DNA of 32,000 nt. Source: Candidatus Saccharimonadota bacterium. GTDB lineage: Bacteria; Patescibacteriota; Microgenomatia; UBA1406; GWC2-37-13. Below, one piece after another: positions 1 to 10,033 of the stretch. Made by a program: the position numbers and the translations under genes. Location of the stretch: NCBI GenBank assembly GCA_016700135.1, contig CP065004.1, positions 90,001-122,000 of the forward strand. The letters run 5' to 3'. The notes under the pieces are model-generated. The model was not told the origin of the DNA. It ran no database searches and saw nothing but the letters and a program-made list of their open reading frames with translations. Position 1 is the stretch's first letter. Every line of letters begins with the position of its first letter.

Positions 1-978
1 CTGGTATTTGAAGAACGGAAAAAACTGCCTGAAACGGTACGTACGCTGATGCCCTTTTTTCTTGCTTTTACATTCATCACTATGCGGTGGTACTTCAACT
101 TTGCGCGTTTCGGATTTGAAGCCAGTACCGTACTTTTTTTTGAACTCGCCGGAATTTACTCTCTGTTTCTGTTCAGAAAAACAAAATCGTTATGGTATGT
201 CTTCTGGACGGGCATTGCTGCCGGACTGGCATACAATTCGTACACCCCCGGCAGAATATTTTTTATCCTTCCCTTGATCTTTCTCATCTGGGAATACGGA
301 AGTCTGAAGCAAATCCGCAGAAACTTCGACAAACCCGTACTTCTTTTTATAATACCCTTTCTCTTACTGATCATACCGCTCAATCTGTATTTCACTCAGC
401 ATGACGATAACCGAATCTATGAGCTCTTTTATTTGCAAAACGAGCAGCTTTCTCTTCAGGAAAAGGCAACCTACACCTGGCAAAATGTGACAAGTCTCAC
501 CGGTATGTTCTTTGTGAAGGGTGATATGAACGGTCGCCATAACTATCCGGGGAAACCCATGCTCAATCCGATTCAGGGAATCCTCCTTGTCGGCGGTATT
601 ATTGTCAGTTTGTACAACTGGAAAAAATACCATAACTCATTCTTTCTCCTGTATTTTGTGCTCGGTATGCTTCCGCCGATGATGACGTATCCGTGGGAAA
701 ACCCGAATGCTCTTCGATCGGTGACGGTACTCCCTTCTGTTGTGTATTTTATCGGACAGGCACTGGTTTATATAACCCGCTTTCCTCTACCGAAAAAGTG
801 GATTTTATTGGGGATATTTGTTCTTTTGAGTTTTTCAGCAATTTATGAACTGCGAACGTATTTTGTATTTCAGAAACTCGTGTTTCCAGAAGCTTTTGAA
901 CTGAACACCAATCTTATTAAGCCGTATCTTGAAGGAAATTATTTTCTTGATCCGAATAAACCGAGACAGACGTTATGA
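1..978 (+). CDS. C-terminal part of a GT-C-type (ArnT/PMT_2-like) integral membrane glycosyltransferase; the 5' end lies upstream of the window
   Basis: Frame 1 is open from nt 1 (LVFEERKKLPETVRTL precedes the first ATG at 49). There are several hydrophobic helices. The loop FVKGDMNGRHNYPGKP resembles the KGDxNxR loop of the paralogs at 20774 and 30507. The TGA stop overlaps the next start (ATGA at 975-978). Confidence 0.6.
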   Translation: MVFEERKKLPETVRTLMPFFLAFTFITMRWYFNFARFGFEASTVLFFELAGIYSLFLFRKTKSLWYVFWTGIAAGLAYNSYTPGRIFFILPLIFLIWEYGSLKQIRRNFDKPVLLFIIPFLLLIIPLNLYFTQHDDNRIYELFYLQNEQLSLQEKATYTWQNVTSLTGMFFVKGDMNGRHNYPGKPMLNPIQGILLVGGIIVSLYNWKKYHNSFFLLYFVLGMLPPMMTYPWENPNALRSVTVLPSVVYFIGQALVYITRFPLPKKWILLGIFVLLSFSAIYELRTYFVFQKLVFPEAFELNTNLIKPYLEGNYFLDPNKPRQTL

Positions 979-2444
979 AAAACCTAAGTAAAATCCTTTC
1001 AAAGCATTATCCGGTAATAATCTACCTGTTCATTTTCACCGTTTTGTTTTCAGTAAAACTGATTCAGAACCCGTTTCCGTTTTTTGATTGGGATGAATCA
1101 ATATATGCCGAAGTCGGCTATGAAATGGTTCATCAGATCTCACCTGCCGTGCCGCTGTGGCAGGGGCAATACTGGCTGGACAAACCGCCGCTTGTTCCGC
1201 TTTTTTACGGCGTCGTGATGCTGATTACGCCTTTTTTACAGCCTGAAATATCCACAAGACTTGCGACATTATTTTTGTCTGTGTTCGCACTAGGTCTTTT
1301 GTACGCTCTGTACTATCGTGTCCTGAAAGAAACGTGGATTACGACACTGGTCGTGATGATGACCTCACTTACCTCGATTTTTCTGCAGCGCGCACAGGTA
1401 CTGAATGTCGATGTTTTCCTTCTGATCGGATGGCTGGGATATGTTTTGTTTTACAGAAGATTCTGGACTTCCCTGATTTTTCTGTCATTCTCAGTTTACA
1501 GCAAATCTCTCATCGGATTTTACCCCATCGGGATCATGGGGCTTTACTTTTTCTTTGAAGCCGTGACGGGAAAAATTTCCTGGAAGGAGTTTGCAAAAGA
1601 ACTCGGAAGAATGATATTGCAGGCTGGAATACTTCTTATTTGGCATCTTGCGATGTTTCTCCGTTTCGGACCTACATTCTTGTATCAGCATTTTTATGAG
1701 AGTCATGTCAAAAGGGTTACGGCATCAATAGAATCCCATTTCGGTCAGAGGACCTTTTACATCGATCTCCTGACGATCGAGTACGGGAAATATATTTTCT
1801 TCTCTGCACTCGGTTTTATCATTCTGTTCTATCAATGGATCAGAAACCAACTTAACGATAAAAAAGTTTTGTATAGTTATCTTTTCTTGCCGTGGTTTGT
1901 ATTTCTGAATCTCACCAAAACTAAAATATTCTGGTACGGTCATCCTTATCTCGGACAGTTTGCATTTCTGATGGTATACCCGATTACCTTATTGAAAAAG
2001 ATTAAACTTTTTTACTTCGGAATAATTATCATACTAATGAGTCTGATCATACAGCATTACTTTTTCCGAACGAATGTACTGGATGATTTTTATTCATCAA
2101 ATGATCCGCATCACGAATTGTCAGTGTATGCCAATGATTATTGTCAGGACCTCTATGTTGTGGTGGAACCCGAAGGAAGAGAGGCATCAAAAACACTCGA
2201 AGAACTCGGACTTTTGATATCGACAAGCAGATGGTGGGGCAATCATCCGTCGATGGTGTATTACTTCGACGGGAATATCCGTTTTGTCTATACTCTCGAA
2301 GAGTTTGAACAGGAGATCAGAACCCCGCAAAAAGATACCTGCTTTGTCCTGAATAAAAATGACACGGAAGGTCTGGATTTAGTCGGATCGCTGGATCAGC
2401 TGCAGTCATTTGATCCGCTCTTGCTCTACCTGTATTCGTACTAA
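975..2444 (+). CDS. ArnT/PMT_2-like GT-C membrane glycosyltransferase (489 aa)
   Basis: TM1 is followed by the loop FFDWDESIYAEVGYEM ... YWLDKPPLVPLFYG. This matches the DE-containing first outer loop and PPL motif of GT39/GT83-type enzymes. The protein is polytopic with a C-terminal soluble region of about 110 aa. It is closest in style to the gene at 24721-26187. Confidence 0.7.
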   Translation: MKNLSKILSKHYPVIIYLFIFTVLFSVKLIQNPFPFFDWDESIYAEVGYEMVHQISPAVPLWQGQYWLDKPPLVPLFYGVVMLITPFLQPEISTRLATLFLSVFALGLLYALYYRVLKETWITTLVVMMTSLTSIFLQRAQVLNVDVFLLIGWLGYVLFYRRFWTSLIFLSFSVYSKSLIGFYPIGIMGLYFFFEAVTGKISWKEFAKELGRMILQAGILLIWHLAMFLRFGPTFLYQHFYESHVKRVTASIESHFGQRTFYIDLLTIEYGKYIFFSALGFIILFYQWIRNQLNDKKVLYSYLFLPWFVFLNLTKTKIFWYGHPYLGQFAFLMVYPITLLKKIKLFYFGIIIILMSLIIQHYFFRTNVLDDFYSSNDPHHELSVYANDYCQDLYVVVEPEGREASKTLEELGLLISTSRWWGNHPSMVYYFDGNIRFVYTLEEFEQEIRTPQKDTCFVLNKNDTEGLDLVGSLDQLQSFDPLLLYLYSY

Positions 2445-2469
2445 GTTCTGTTGTATACTTTAGATCAGT

Positions 2470-4005
2470 ATGTTCTCACTTGAAGAAATATGGACATTTC
2501 TGAAAAAAAATGTCACAAAAAAAGATATTGTTGCAGTTGTTGTGTTAGTCGTGCTCTTTCTCGCGGTTCGACTTATCAATCTGGATAAATGGCCTCAGTT
2601 TTCTGATGAAGGAATTTACATCAACTGGGCAAAAGTCGCCTGGAAAGATGCCTCATGGCGATTCATTTCCGTGACTGACGGCCGTCAGCCGCTCCAAACC
2701 TGGGCTACCATTCCTTTTCTGAAACTTTTTTCTCCGAATGATCTGTTTGCGGGACGAATGTTTGCAGTCGCTTCCGGATTTGCCGGATTTATCGGCATGT
2801 TTGCATTACTTTTTTATCTGTGGGGAAAAAAAGCAGCTTATATCGGAGCTTTGCTGTATATTTTTCTTCCGTATCTTGTCTTTTACGAAAGAATTGCGCT
2901 GGTTGATGCCGCCGTCAATGCCGGTTTTATTTGGATTCTTCTTTTTTCCTTTATTCTTGTCAGGACGAGGAGACTTGATATCGCACTGATCATGGGGTTC
3001 ATCGGAGGTATGGCACTTCTTGCAAAGTCATCTTCACGTATGTTTTTGGGGCTGACAGCTGCCGCACCTGTTTTATATCTCAGCACCAAAACGAAAAAAA
3101 TTATTTCCCAAAGCATTAATTATTTTTTCCTTCTCGGTATCGTAGCCGCGATCAGTTTGCTTTTTTACAATGTGCAACGGCTTTCTCCTTATTTTCATTA
3201 TGTCGAGCAGAAAAACACGACCTTTATCCTGACTGCGGAAGAATTTTTCGCTGATCCTTTTGCATATTTTCAACATAATGTTTTCAATATTCCGTTGTAC
3301 ATCGCCTGGGAATCAGGTTGGTTTATCATCCCTCTTAGCATTGCCGGACTATTCCTTCTTTTCCGAAAAGAAAAGCTTACTGCTTTATATCTTTCCGTTT
3401 TTATCTTTGTGCCGTATATTGCAATTGCTCTGTTTGCCCGGGTACTTTTTCCGAGATACGTACTGTTTTACAGTACTCTGATCATTATTACGGCAGTGTA
3501 CTTTTTTTTGAATATCAAATCAGTCAAACTGAGAAACGTCACACTGGGAGTACTTCTGTTTAGTATGATGCTTTTCAGTTACCCGTTTCTTTTTGATCCT
3601 GCAAAAGCCAGTTTCCCTCCTGTTGATCGCGGACAGTATGTTGAGGGTCTGACATCGGTATGGGGTGCCGAAAACCTGATGGGAACCGTTCAGGAAAACG
3701 CTCAAAACAGACAGACACTCGTCCTTGCCGAAGGAGATTTCGGACTGGTAGCGGATGTACTCAGAGTATATGATCAGCCTGATGATAATGTTGAGATTAA
3801 AGGTCTTTGGCCGCTGACTGAAGAAAGTCTCTACGAGTATCAGCCTGAACTTTCTAAAAGAGATGTGTATGTGGTGTTTTCTCATCAACAGGAATTCCCA
3901 GATCAATGGCCGATCGAGCTTGTGGCAAAATATGACAAGCCGGGAAACAAAAAATCACTGTATCTTTTTAAGCTGTTGAAGGTATCTGATGAACCGTCAC
4001 CATAA
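2470..4005 (+). CDS. GT-C-type membrane glycosyltransferase (511 aa), PMT_2-like
   Basis: ATG at 2470. TM1 (VAVVVLVVLFLAV) is followed by WPQFSDEGIYINWAKVAW. There are many hydrophobic helices and a C-terminal soluble domain of about 130 aa. Confidence 0.6.
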   Translation: MFSLEEIWTFLKKNVTKKDIVAVVVLVVLFLAVRLINLDKWPQFSDEGIYINWAKVAWKDASWRFISVTDGRQPLQTWATIPFLKLFSPNDLFAGRMFAVASGFAGFIGMFALLFYLWGKKAAYIGALLYIFLPYLVFYERIALVDAAVNAGFIWILLFSFILVRTRRLDIALIMGFIGGMALLAKSSSRMFLGLTAAAPVLYLSTKTKKIISQSINYFFLLGIVAAISLLFYNVQRLSPYFHYVEQKNTTFILTAEEFFADPFAYFQHNVFNIPLYIAWESGWFIIPLSIAGLFLLFRKEKLTALYLSVFIFVPYIAIALFARVLFPRYVLFYSTLIIITAVYFFLNIKSVKLRNVTLGVLLFSMMLFSYPFLFDPAKASFPPVDRGQYVEGLTSVWGAENLMGTVQENAQNRQTLVLAEGDFGLVADVLRVYDQPDDNVEIKGLWPLTEESLYEYQPELSKRDVYVVFSHQQEFPDQWPIELVAKYDKPGNKKSLYLFKLLKVSDEPSP

Positions 4006-5680
4006 TCCCATGCTGTCTTCTATTTTGAAAAAATACGGATTGATTGTCATTTGTGCCGTACTTGTCTTTCTTTTCGGCCGGAGCCTTAATCCCTTCGACA
4101 ACAATACATTTCTCGGTCATGACGAAACTCAACCTGCCCGGATTATCGAATTTGCATTTGATATCCGAAACGGTCATATCCCTCCTCGAATCTCTCCTCA
4201 TATGTCTTTCGGAATGGGATATCCCATTTTTAATTATTATGCACCGACAGCGTATTGGATTACTTCTTCGCTTTTGCTTGCCGGCCTGGATGTGACGGCG
4301 TCGCTTGAAGTTTCGTATCTTGCAGCATTTCTTCTGGCCTTTATCGGAATGTATTTATTTCTTAAGAAATATTTCAATGAAGTTCCGGCGCTTATCGGAG
4401 GCTTGGCTTATGTTTCTTCTCCTTTCATTGCGGTAGATATTTTTATCAGGGGAAATCTTGCTGAAATGTGGTTTTTTGCGCTGTTCCCGTTTGGATTATG
4501 GATACTGACTGTTGTTTCAAAACGCAGTATCGGTATTGCAGCCGTTATTCTGGCATTCGTCTTTACATCACATAATATTTTTTCCCTTGTTTCCGTACCG
4601 CTTCTGATTCTTTTTGCGCTTATTCAAAAGAATAGAATATGGGGTGCTCTCTCCATCGCTTTGGGACTTCTTTTGAGCAGTTACTTTTTGATCCCGGCAT
4701 TGTCTGAGCTGAAACTGGTGCAGGCCTCGGATATTGCCACCATCACACAGTATCAGAATCATTTCCTATGCCCCTATCAGGTCTGGTATTCACAGTGGGG
4801 ATTCGGAGGATCATCCGTCGGATGCATCAATGACGGGATGTCTTTTATGCTCGGGAAAATCCAGATTCTCGCCGGACTTGCGGGACTGGGATACTTTTTC
4901 TATCAGCTGAAAAAAACAAAGAAATCTTTTTCATGGCTGACTGTCGGTATGGCGGGACTGTTACTCGGAAGTTTTTTTATGACGACAGCATACTCGCTGT
5001 TTCTGTGGAAAGCCTTTGAGCCGATACTTTCCGTATTTCAGTTTCCCTGGAGATTTCTCCTGTTTGTCATTTTCGGACTTGCCTTTTTCACTGCGTATCT
5101 TCTCGATACCATCCCGAAAAAATGGAAATTGCTTGCAGCCGTTATGATTTCCATCGGTATTTTTTATCTCAATCCGAAGTTTTTTACGGGGAATATGAGG
5201 AGTGTTCAGACCGTGATAAATACTTTTGCTTCAGACTCATATATTTTCAACACCTCCGCTTTTAAAGTAGCAGAATACCTGCCGATAACGGCAGATTATG
5301 AATATTGGCGAACTCTGGAAGGGAAAAAGGCCGAAACGACCGGACCGATTGCTCTGCAGCCCGAACAGGAAGTGCAAGTACTGAGAAATGAACCGTTTGA
5401 AAAAATTGCAGTCGTCCGAAGTCAGCACGATGTGGCTTTAAATATCCATTATGCCCCTTACTGGATTATTTCCCGAGAAGGAAAGCAAATCATCCCGACG
5501 ACATTTGACAAACTCGGTCGCCCGATCATCGATGTTTCAAGTGCAGAATTCGAAACGATCACGATCAGATATCAGGAAACGATGATCGAGCATGTCGCAA
5601 ACGGAATTACGGCCGTAGGAGGTATAATAATACTTATCTATTCATACATCCAAATTCGATGGCACAGGAAGAAAATATAA
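3989..5680 (+). CDS. PTPS-related/YfhO-like polytopic membrane protein (563 aa), putative GT-C glycosyltransferase
   Basis: Motifs LGHDETQPARIIEF, FGMGYPIFNYYAP, IRGNLAEMW and QFPWRFLLF. The C-terminal soluble domain ends in a final TM anchor (ITAVGGIIILIYSYI). It aligns by eye with the paralog at 15923-17575. GAAGG lies 6 nt upstream of the ATG. The gene overlaps the upstream gene by 17 nt. Confidence 0.55.
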   Translation: MNRHHNPMLSSILKKYGLIVICAVLVFLFGRSLNPFDNNTFLGHDETQPARIIEFAFDIRNGHIPPRISPHMSFGMGYPIFNYYAPTAYWITSSLLLAGLDVTASLEVSYLAAFLLAFIGMYLFLKKYFNEVPALIGGLAYVSSPFIAVDIFIRGNLAEMWFFALFPFGLWILTVVSKRSIGIAAVILAFVFTSHNIFSLVSVPLLILFALIQKNRIWGALSIALGLLLSSYFLIPALSELKLVQASDIATITQYQNHFLCPYQVWYSQWGFGGSSVGCINDGMSFMLGKIQILAGLAGLGYFFYQLKKTKKSFSWLTVGMAGLLLGSFFMTTAYSLFLWKAFEPILSVFQFPWRFLLFVIFGLAFFTAYLLDTIPKKWKLLAAVMISIGIFYLNPKFFTGNMRSVQTVINTFASDSYIFNTSAFKVAEYLPITADYEYWRTLEGKKAETTGPIALQPEQEVQVLRNEPFEKIAVVRSQHDVALNIHYAPYWIISREGKQIIPTTFDKLGRPIIDVSSAEFETITIRYQETMIEHVANGITAVGGIIILIYSYIQIRWHRKKI

Positions 5681-7095
5681 AAAAAAATTCGATCATCAGT
5701 CTTTTGAGTCTTTTTTTTCACAGCGGATATGCCGCGGTTCTCGGTTTGATTGCGAATCTGATCCTGACAATTGTACTGTCGCCGAAGATTTATGGGATCT
5801 ATGTATTAACCCTTGCCGTTATTCCCTTTCTGAACTTCTTTTCTGATATCGGTCTTGCCGCCGCACTTGTCCAGAAAAAGGAAGTCACTGACGACGATAT
5901 CAAAACGACATTTACTATACAACAAACGCTTGTCATTACAATCCTGTCGATAGCTTTCTTCCTTACGCCGTTCATCCGCAGTTTCTACAACCTTCCTGTT
6001 GAAGCGACACATTTATACTGGGCTGTACTGTTTGCTTTTTTCCTCTCATCATTGAAAACAATTCCCTCTATCAAACTCGAAAGAAGTATTCAGTTTCAGA
6101 AAATCGTCCTCGTACAGATTGTCGAAAGTACGATTTTTTACGTTACGGTGTCGGTACTGGCACTGATGAACTTCGGATTGCAGACATTTACCATAGCCGT
6201 ACTTGTCCGATCACTCACCGGAACACTTCTCATGTATTACCTTTCATTCTGGTTTCCCCGCATCGGCGTATCAAAAGAAAGTCTCAAACGACTTCTCTCT
6301 TTCGGTGTACCGTTTCAGACCAATGTATTTTTGGCTCTCATCAAAGATGATCTCATTTTGTTTTATCTCGGAAAAGTAGTCGGACTTGAAGGACTGGCAT
6401 ATATCGGATGGGCAAAACGCTGGGCAGAATCTCCGATCCGAATTATCATGGACAATGTGTCACGCATTCTCTTCCCGATTTTCGCAAAAATCCAAACGGA
6501 AAAGGAACGGATCGGCGGACTTATCGAAAAAGTGCTTCGATATCAAACACTTATTCTCGCTCCAGTTTTTGTCGGAATGGCACTCCTTCTTGATGAGGCA
6601 GTACAGCTTATCCCGAAATACAATAAATGGGAACCGGCTATTCCTCTTTTTTATATCATTATTCTTTCGGCGTTTTTCTCGTCTTACTCGACTCCGTTTA
6701 CGAATCTCTTTAATGCCGTCGGAAAAGTAAAGACTACATTCAAATTTATGCTCTACTGGACAGTCATGTCATGGATAAGTATCCCTCTTTTTACTCACTT
6801 TTTCGGACTGTACGGGTATCCTATTAGTCTGGTGATTCTGTCTCTTACTTTTATTGTGATTGTTCCCATTGCAAGGAAGATTGTTAAGTTTAAGTTTATT
6901 CCTCAGATCGTACCGCCGATTGTTTCCAGTTTGATTATGGGTATTGCTGTTTACTTCACTACCTTTTTGGGTGTAAGCTGGATTAGTGTCTGCATCTCAG
7001 TTGCAGTCGGATTCCTAACCTATGTCGCATCGTTGTATCTTCTGTTCAGAATTAATGTGTTACAGGAGGTAAAAACTTTTTTGAAATATGAGTAA
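5659..7095 (+). CDS. MOP-superfamily polysaccharide/oligosaccharide flippase (Wzx-like, Polysacc_synt family), 478 aa
   Basis: About 12-14 hydrophobic helices. The N-terminal pattern (KNSIISLL..GYAAVLGLIANLILTIVLSPKIYGIY ... DIGLAAALVQKKE) is typical of Wzx/RfbX-like polysaccharide biosynthesis proteins. No large soluble domain. Confidence 0.75.
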   Translation: MAQEENIKKNSIISLLSLFFHSGYAAVLGLIANLILTIVLSPKIYGIYVLTLAVIPFLNFFSDIGLAAALVQKKEVTDDDIKTTFTIQQTLVITILSIAFFLTPFIRSFYNLPVEATHLYWAVLFAFFLSSLKTIPSIKLERSIQFQKIVLVQIVESTIFYVTVSVLALMNFGLQTFTIAVLVRSLTGTLLMYYLSFWFPRIGVSKESLKRLLSFGVPFQTNVFLALIKDDLILFYLGKVVGLEGLAYIGWAKRWAESPIRIIMDNVSRILFPIFAKIQTEKERIGGLIEKVLRYQTLILAPVFVGMALLLDEAVQLIPKYNKWEPAIPLFYIIILSAFFSSYSTPFTNLFNAVGKVKTTFKFMLYWTVMSWISIPLFTHFFGLYGYPISLVILSLTFIVIVPIARKIVKFKFIPQIVPPIVSSLIMGIAVYFTTFLGVSWISVCISVAVGFLTYVASLYLLFRINVLQEVKTFLKYE

Positions 7096-7978
7096 TATCA
7101 CAACTATTATCGTCGCTCTCGGAGAACCGAAATATCTTTTTGAATCAATCAAATCGGTGCAAACCCTTACTGCTGAAATCGTAATTGTGGATATCGGCTT
7201 GAGTACTTCTGTCAGAGAGAAATTGAAAAAGATTGAGAAAGTCAGAGTAGTCGAACAAGAACCTGTATCATATGTCGAACTTATCCGTGAAAAAACAAAA
7301 CAGTTTACAAAGACAGATTACATTCTATTCCTCGATCCCGATGAAATCGTTCCGGAAACATTAGCCTCACAAATTCTTGAGAACTATGAAAAATATGATT
7401 ACATATCGATGCCACGGATGAATATGATACTCGGAAAGTGGATGGAGAACTCTAGATGGTGGCCTGATTATCAAATAAGAGTTTTCAAAAAAGATGCCGT
7501 CACATGGCCTACGATCATTCATGAACAACCAGAAACTTCAGGAAACGGATACAAACTTCCTGATGAAAAAGAGAACGCGATTCTTCATCATAACTATGAA
7601 TCACTCGATGAGTACCTTGAAAAAATGATCCGTTATGCCAAATCAGATGCGAAAAGCCGGAAAACATATTCACTTCAATCAGCACTCTCTGACGGAACCC
7701 GTGAATTTATAAGCCGGTATTTTGCTGCCGACGGATACAAAGACGGGATGCATGGCTTTACTCTCTCATTTTTACAGCTGATGTATTACGGACTGGTATA
7801 TTTTTACTTCTGGGAACAACACAAATATATTTCGGAAGAAAAAGACATTCCGCGCACAACCCAATCCTTTTTTACGGATATTTTTTACCAAACAAATCAT
7901 TGGGGTATAAAGAAGAATCTGTTTTCTTCACAGGAATCATTGTGGTACCGGATTATTAACAAACTCCTCAAGCATTAA
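7088..7978 (+). CDS. Family 2 glycosyltransferase (GT-A fold), 296 aa
   Basis: N-terminal beta-strand TTIIVALGE, IVIVDIG, and a DxD-like ILFLDPDEIV. Shares the motif SRWWPDYQIRVFKK with the GT2 at 27788 (GGWWPDHQMRLLNKK). Overlaps the upstream gene by 8 nt. Confidence 0.75.
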   Translation: MSNITTIIVALGEPKYLFESIKSVQTLTAEIVIVDIGLSTSVREKLKKIEKVRVVEQEPVSYVELIREKTKQFTKTDYILFLDPDEIVPETLASQILENYEKYDYISMPRMNMILGKWMENSRWWPDYQIRVFKKDAVTWPTIIHEQPETSGNGYKLPDEKENAILHHNYESLDEYLEKMIRYAKSDAKSRKTYSLQSALSDGTREFISRYFAADGYKDGMHGFTLSFLQLMYYGLVYFYFWEQHKYISEEKDIPRTTQSFFTDIFYQTNHWGIKKNLFSSQESLWYRIINKLLKH

Positions 7979-7981
7979 GGT

Positions 7982-10030
7982 ATGCTCTGGTCCAAACTCA
8001 CGGCATTTGCTGCTTTCTTGACTCTCCTCGTGCCGTTCTATTCTGTTCAAGCCACCTCTGAGGATGTAGCGCAGGTACTTTTTATTAGTCAGGTCCGGGG
8101 AGAAGAATGCTGCGGAACCGGATCAATCGATGCATTGTCGGCGCAAGTCAAGGCTTTTGAACAAAATAATGTCCCCGGCTATTTTGTCCTTCGATATGAT
8201 GCACTTCAAAACAAAGAATATATTGACTTTCTGAAAAAAACTACTGCAAAAGACCCTGATCTCATCAGACTCGGATTGCTTCTTGAAGTGACTCCCGGGC
8301 TTGCAGAGGATGCAGGAGTTGACTATTCAGCGCCGAAAGACAATTGGTATGAAGCTCCGTTCGTTTACAGCATCGGATACACAGACGAAGAGAATAAAAA
8401 AATGATGGACCATCTTTTCAAAAAATTTCATCAGTCATTCGGGTATTATCCTGAAGTCACGTCATCATGGATGATCAAAACTGAGACTCTTCAATACATT
8501 CATGAAACCTATGACGTACTTGTCCATCAAATCACAAAAGAACAATTCGGCACGGATAGTTATACACTCTATGGCGGACCTGCACATTATCCGTATCCCT
8601 CATCCCGCAATTGGGCTTTTATCCCGGATTTTACTGACCAATCCGCCCCTGTCATTGTCAGGCAGACCGTGACTGACCCTCTTTTCAACTACGGGAACTT
8701 ATCTGCCTACACTTCACAACCTAATGATTATGCAGCCGACGGAAAATCTTTACAGTACTTCAAAGCACTGATCAATCAGGCATTGTTCGAGCAGAAACAG
8801 CCGGGCTTTGTACTTCTCGGCTTGGAAACTTCCATGGAGGAAAAGCATCAACAGGAGTTTATTAACCAGATCAAATACGTCGGTGAACTGCGGAACAATA
8901 AACAGATTGTGTTCCCCAATGCACAGGAACTTGCTTCGTATTGGAAACAACAGCACTATACGGTATATCAGGGAAAGGATCTGATCGAAAAAGATACTGA
9001 TTCAGCCTACTGGATAACTGCACCGGGATATCGAATGAGAATATTGCGCTCAAATAACGATCTGTATATTACGGATGTAAGGTACTATGATCTTGAATAC
9101 AATGATCCGTATACTTCAGCTACGGCAAAAAAAGATGGTTTTTGGGTAGTTCCATATCTGATTGACGGATCAGAAACTGATTCGAAAAGTACAAAAGTGG
9201 CATATGCCCGCCGGAATGATACCGAAAAGCCAGCGTCATATCTCCGATTGCCCTCTATTGATCGACAGACTGAACCGACTTTTTCCCGTGATACGAACGG
9301 GATCACCCTTGCTTACACGGATGTTGCCGGCAGACAACGGACTATACTCTTTCTTGAAAGAACAATTCAACTTCCGTCATTTTCATCAAATGAAATCACG
9401 GCCGTAAATACCCGTTCATCTGAGTATCCCGTTTTGCTTTCCACCGGAAATGAAGGGTTTACCCTTTCCTGGAGTACAGCAGACAAACCCTTTCTGTCAT
9501 TGAGAAATCATTGTACTGACGGCGGATGCACTATCTCATTTTCTTCCGATGCATCACTCCTTGATACAGCCCGTCAGGAGAATTTTATTCACTTGTTCCC
9601 TGAACCTGAGTACCGGACACTCAGTACCGCCAAAACTGATATTTATTTCAGCAATCAGTTTGCCGTTGCAAAACGAAACCCTGTCCGTCTGGTAATTGAT
9701 CCCAAAGATAAAAACGGTTTTCCGACACAATTACCGATCAAACAAATTCATATTAAACATGAAAATGATGTCTCATACTCTCTATTGACTCACAACAACC
9801 TATACTTCATTGATTTTAAAAGCGAAATACCTCAGCAGGATAGAATTAGTCTTAGTATTTCGGACAACATCACATTTGAAAATAGTATATATTTCGCACC
9901 AAACTGCAAAGACACACTGGGTGCCTGTATCCGAAATCCAGTGCACGGCATGTGGTATTTACGGTCATACATAGGAGACAAAATGCGTATAATGAGTGAT
10001 AAGATACAGGAAGTATTTAAACCGAACTAA
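7982..10030 (+). CDS. Secreted protein of unknown function (682 aa) with N-terminal signal peptide
   Basis: MLWSKLTAFAAFLTLLVPFYSVQA/TSED resembles a Sec signal peptide with an AxA-like cleavage site. There are no further TM segments. No catalytic family is recognisable by eye. The N-terminal half (VLFISQVRGEE, YFVLRYDAL, LGLLLEVTPG, GYYPEVTSSWMI) is vaguely carbohydrate-esterase/(beta/alpha)-barrel-like. A Cys pair lies near the C-terminus (CKDTLGAC). Confidence 0.7.
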   Translation: MLWSKLTAFAAFLTLLVPFYSVQATSEDVAQVLFISQVRGEECCGTGSIDALSAQVKAFEQNNVPGYFVLRYDALQNKEYIDFLKKTTAKDPDLIRLGLLLEVTPGLAEDAGVDYSAPKDNWYEAPFVYSIGYTDEENKKMMDHLFKKFHQSFGYYPEVTSSWMIKTETLQYIHETYDVLVHQITKEQFGTDSYTLYGGPAHYPYPSSRNWAFIPDFTDQSAPVIVRQTVTDPLFNYGNLSAYTSQPNDYAADGKSLQYFKALINQALFEQKQPGFVLLGLETSMEEKHQQEFINQIKYVGELRNNKQIVFPNAQELASYWKQQHYTVYQGKDLIEKDTDSAYWITAPGYRMRILRSNNDLYITDVRYYDLEYNDPYTSATAKKDGFWVVPYLIDGSETDSKSTKVAYARRNDTEKPASYLRLPSIDRQTEPTFSRDTNGITLAYTDVAGRQRTILFLERTIQLPSFSSNEITAVNTRSSEYPVLLSTGNEGFTLSWSTADKPFLSLRNHCTDGGCTISFSSDASLLDTARQENFIHLFPEPEYRTLSTAKTDIYFSNQFAVAKRNPVRLVIDPKDKNGFPTQLPIKQIHIKHENDVSYSLLTHNNLYFIDFKSEIPQQDRISLSISDNITFENSIYFAPNCKDTLGACIRNPVHGMWYLRSYIGDKMRIMSDKIQEVFKPN

Positions 10031-10033
10031 TAT

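Noticed and set aside
5679-5687. Homopolymer tracts as phase-variation switches: A9 at the flippase 5' end (5679-5687), T9 in the ArnT-like gene (25840-25848), and 8-nt A or T runs at 2502-2509, 18814-18821, 24704-24711, 27670-27677 and 28576-28583.
   Set aside because: Most encode Lys-Lys or Phe-Phe runs, as expected in an AT-rich genome. They are at or below the length usually considered for A/T slippage. Without population or read data there is no evidence of length variation.
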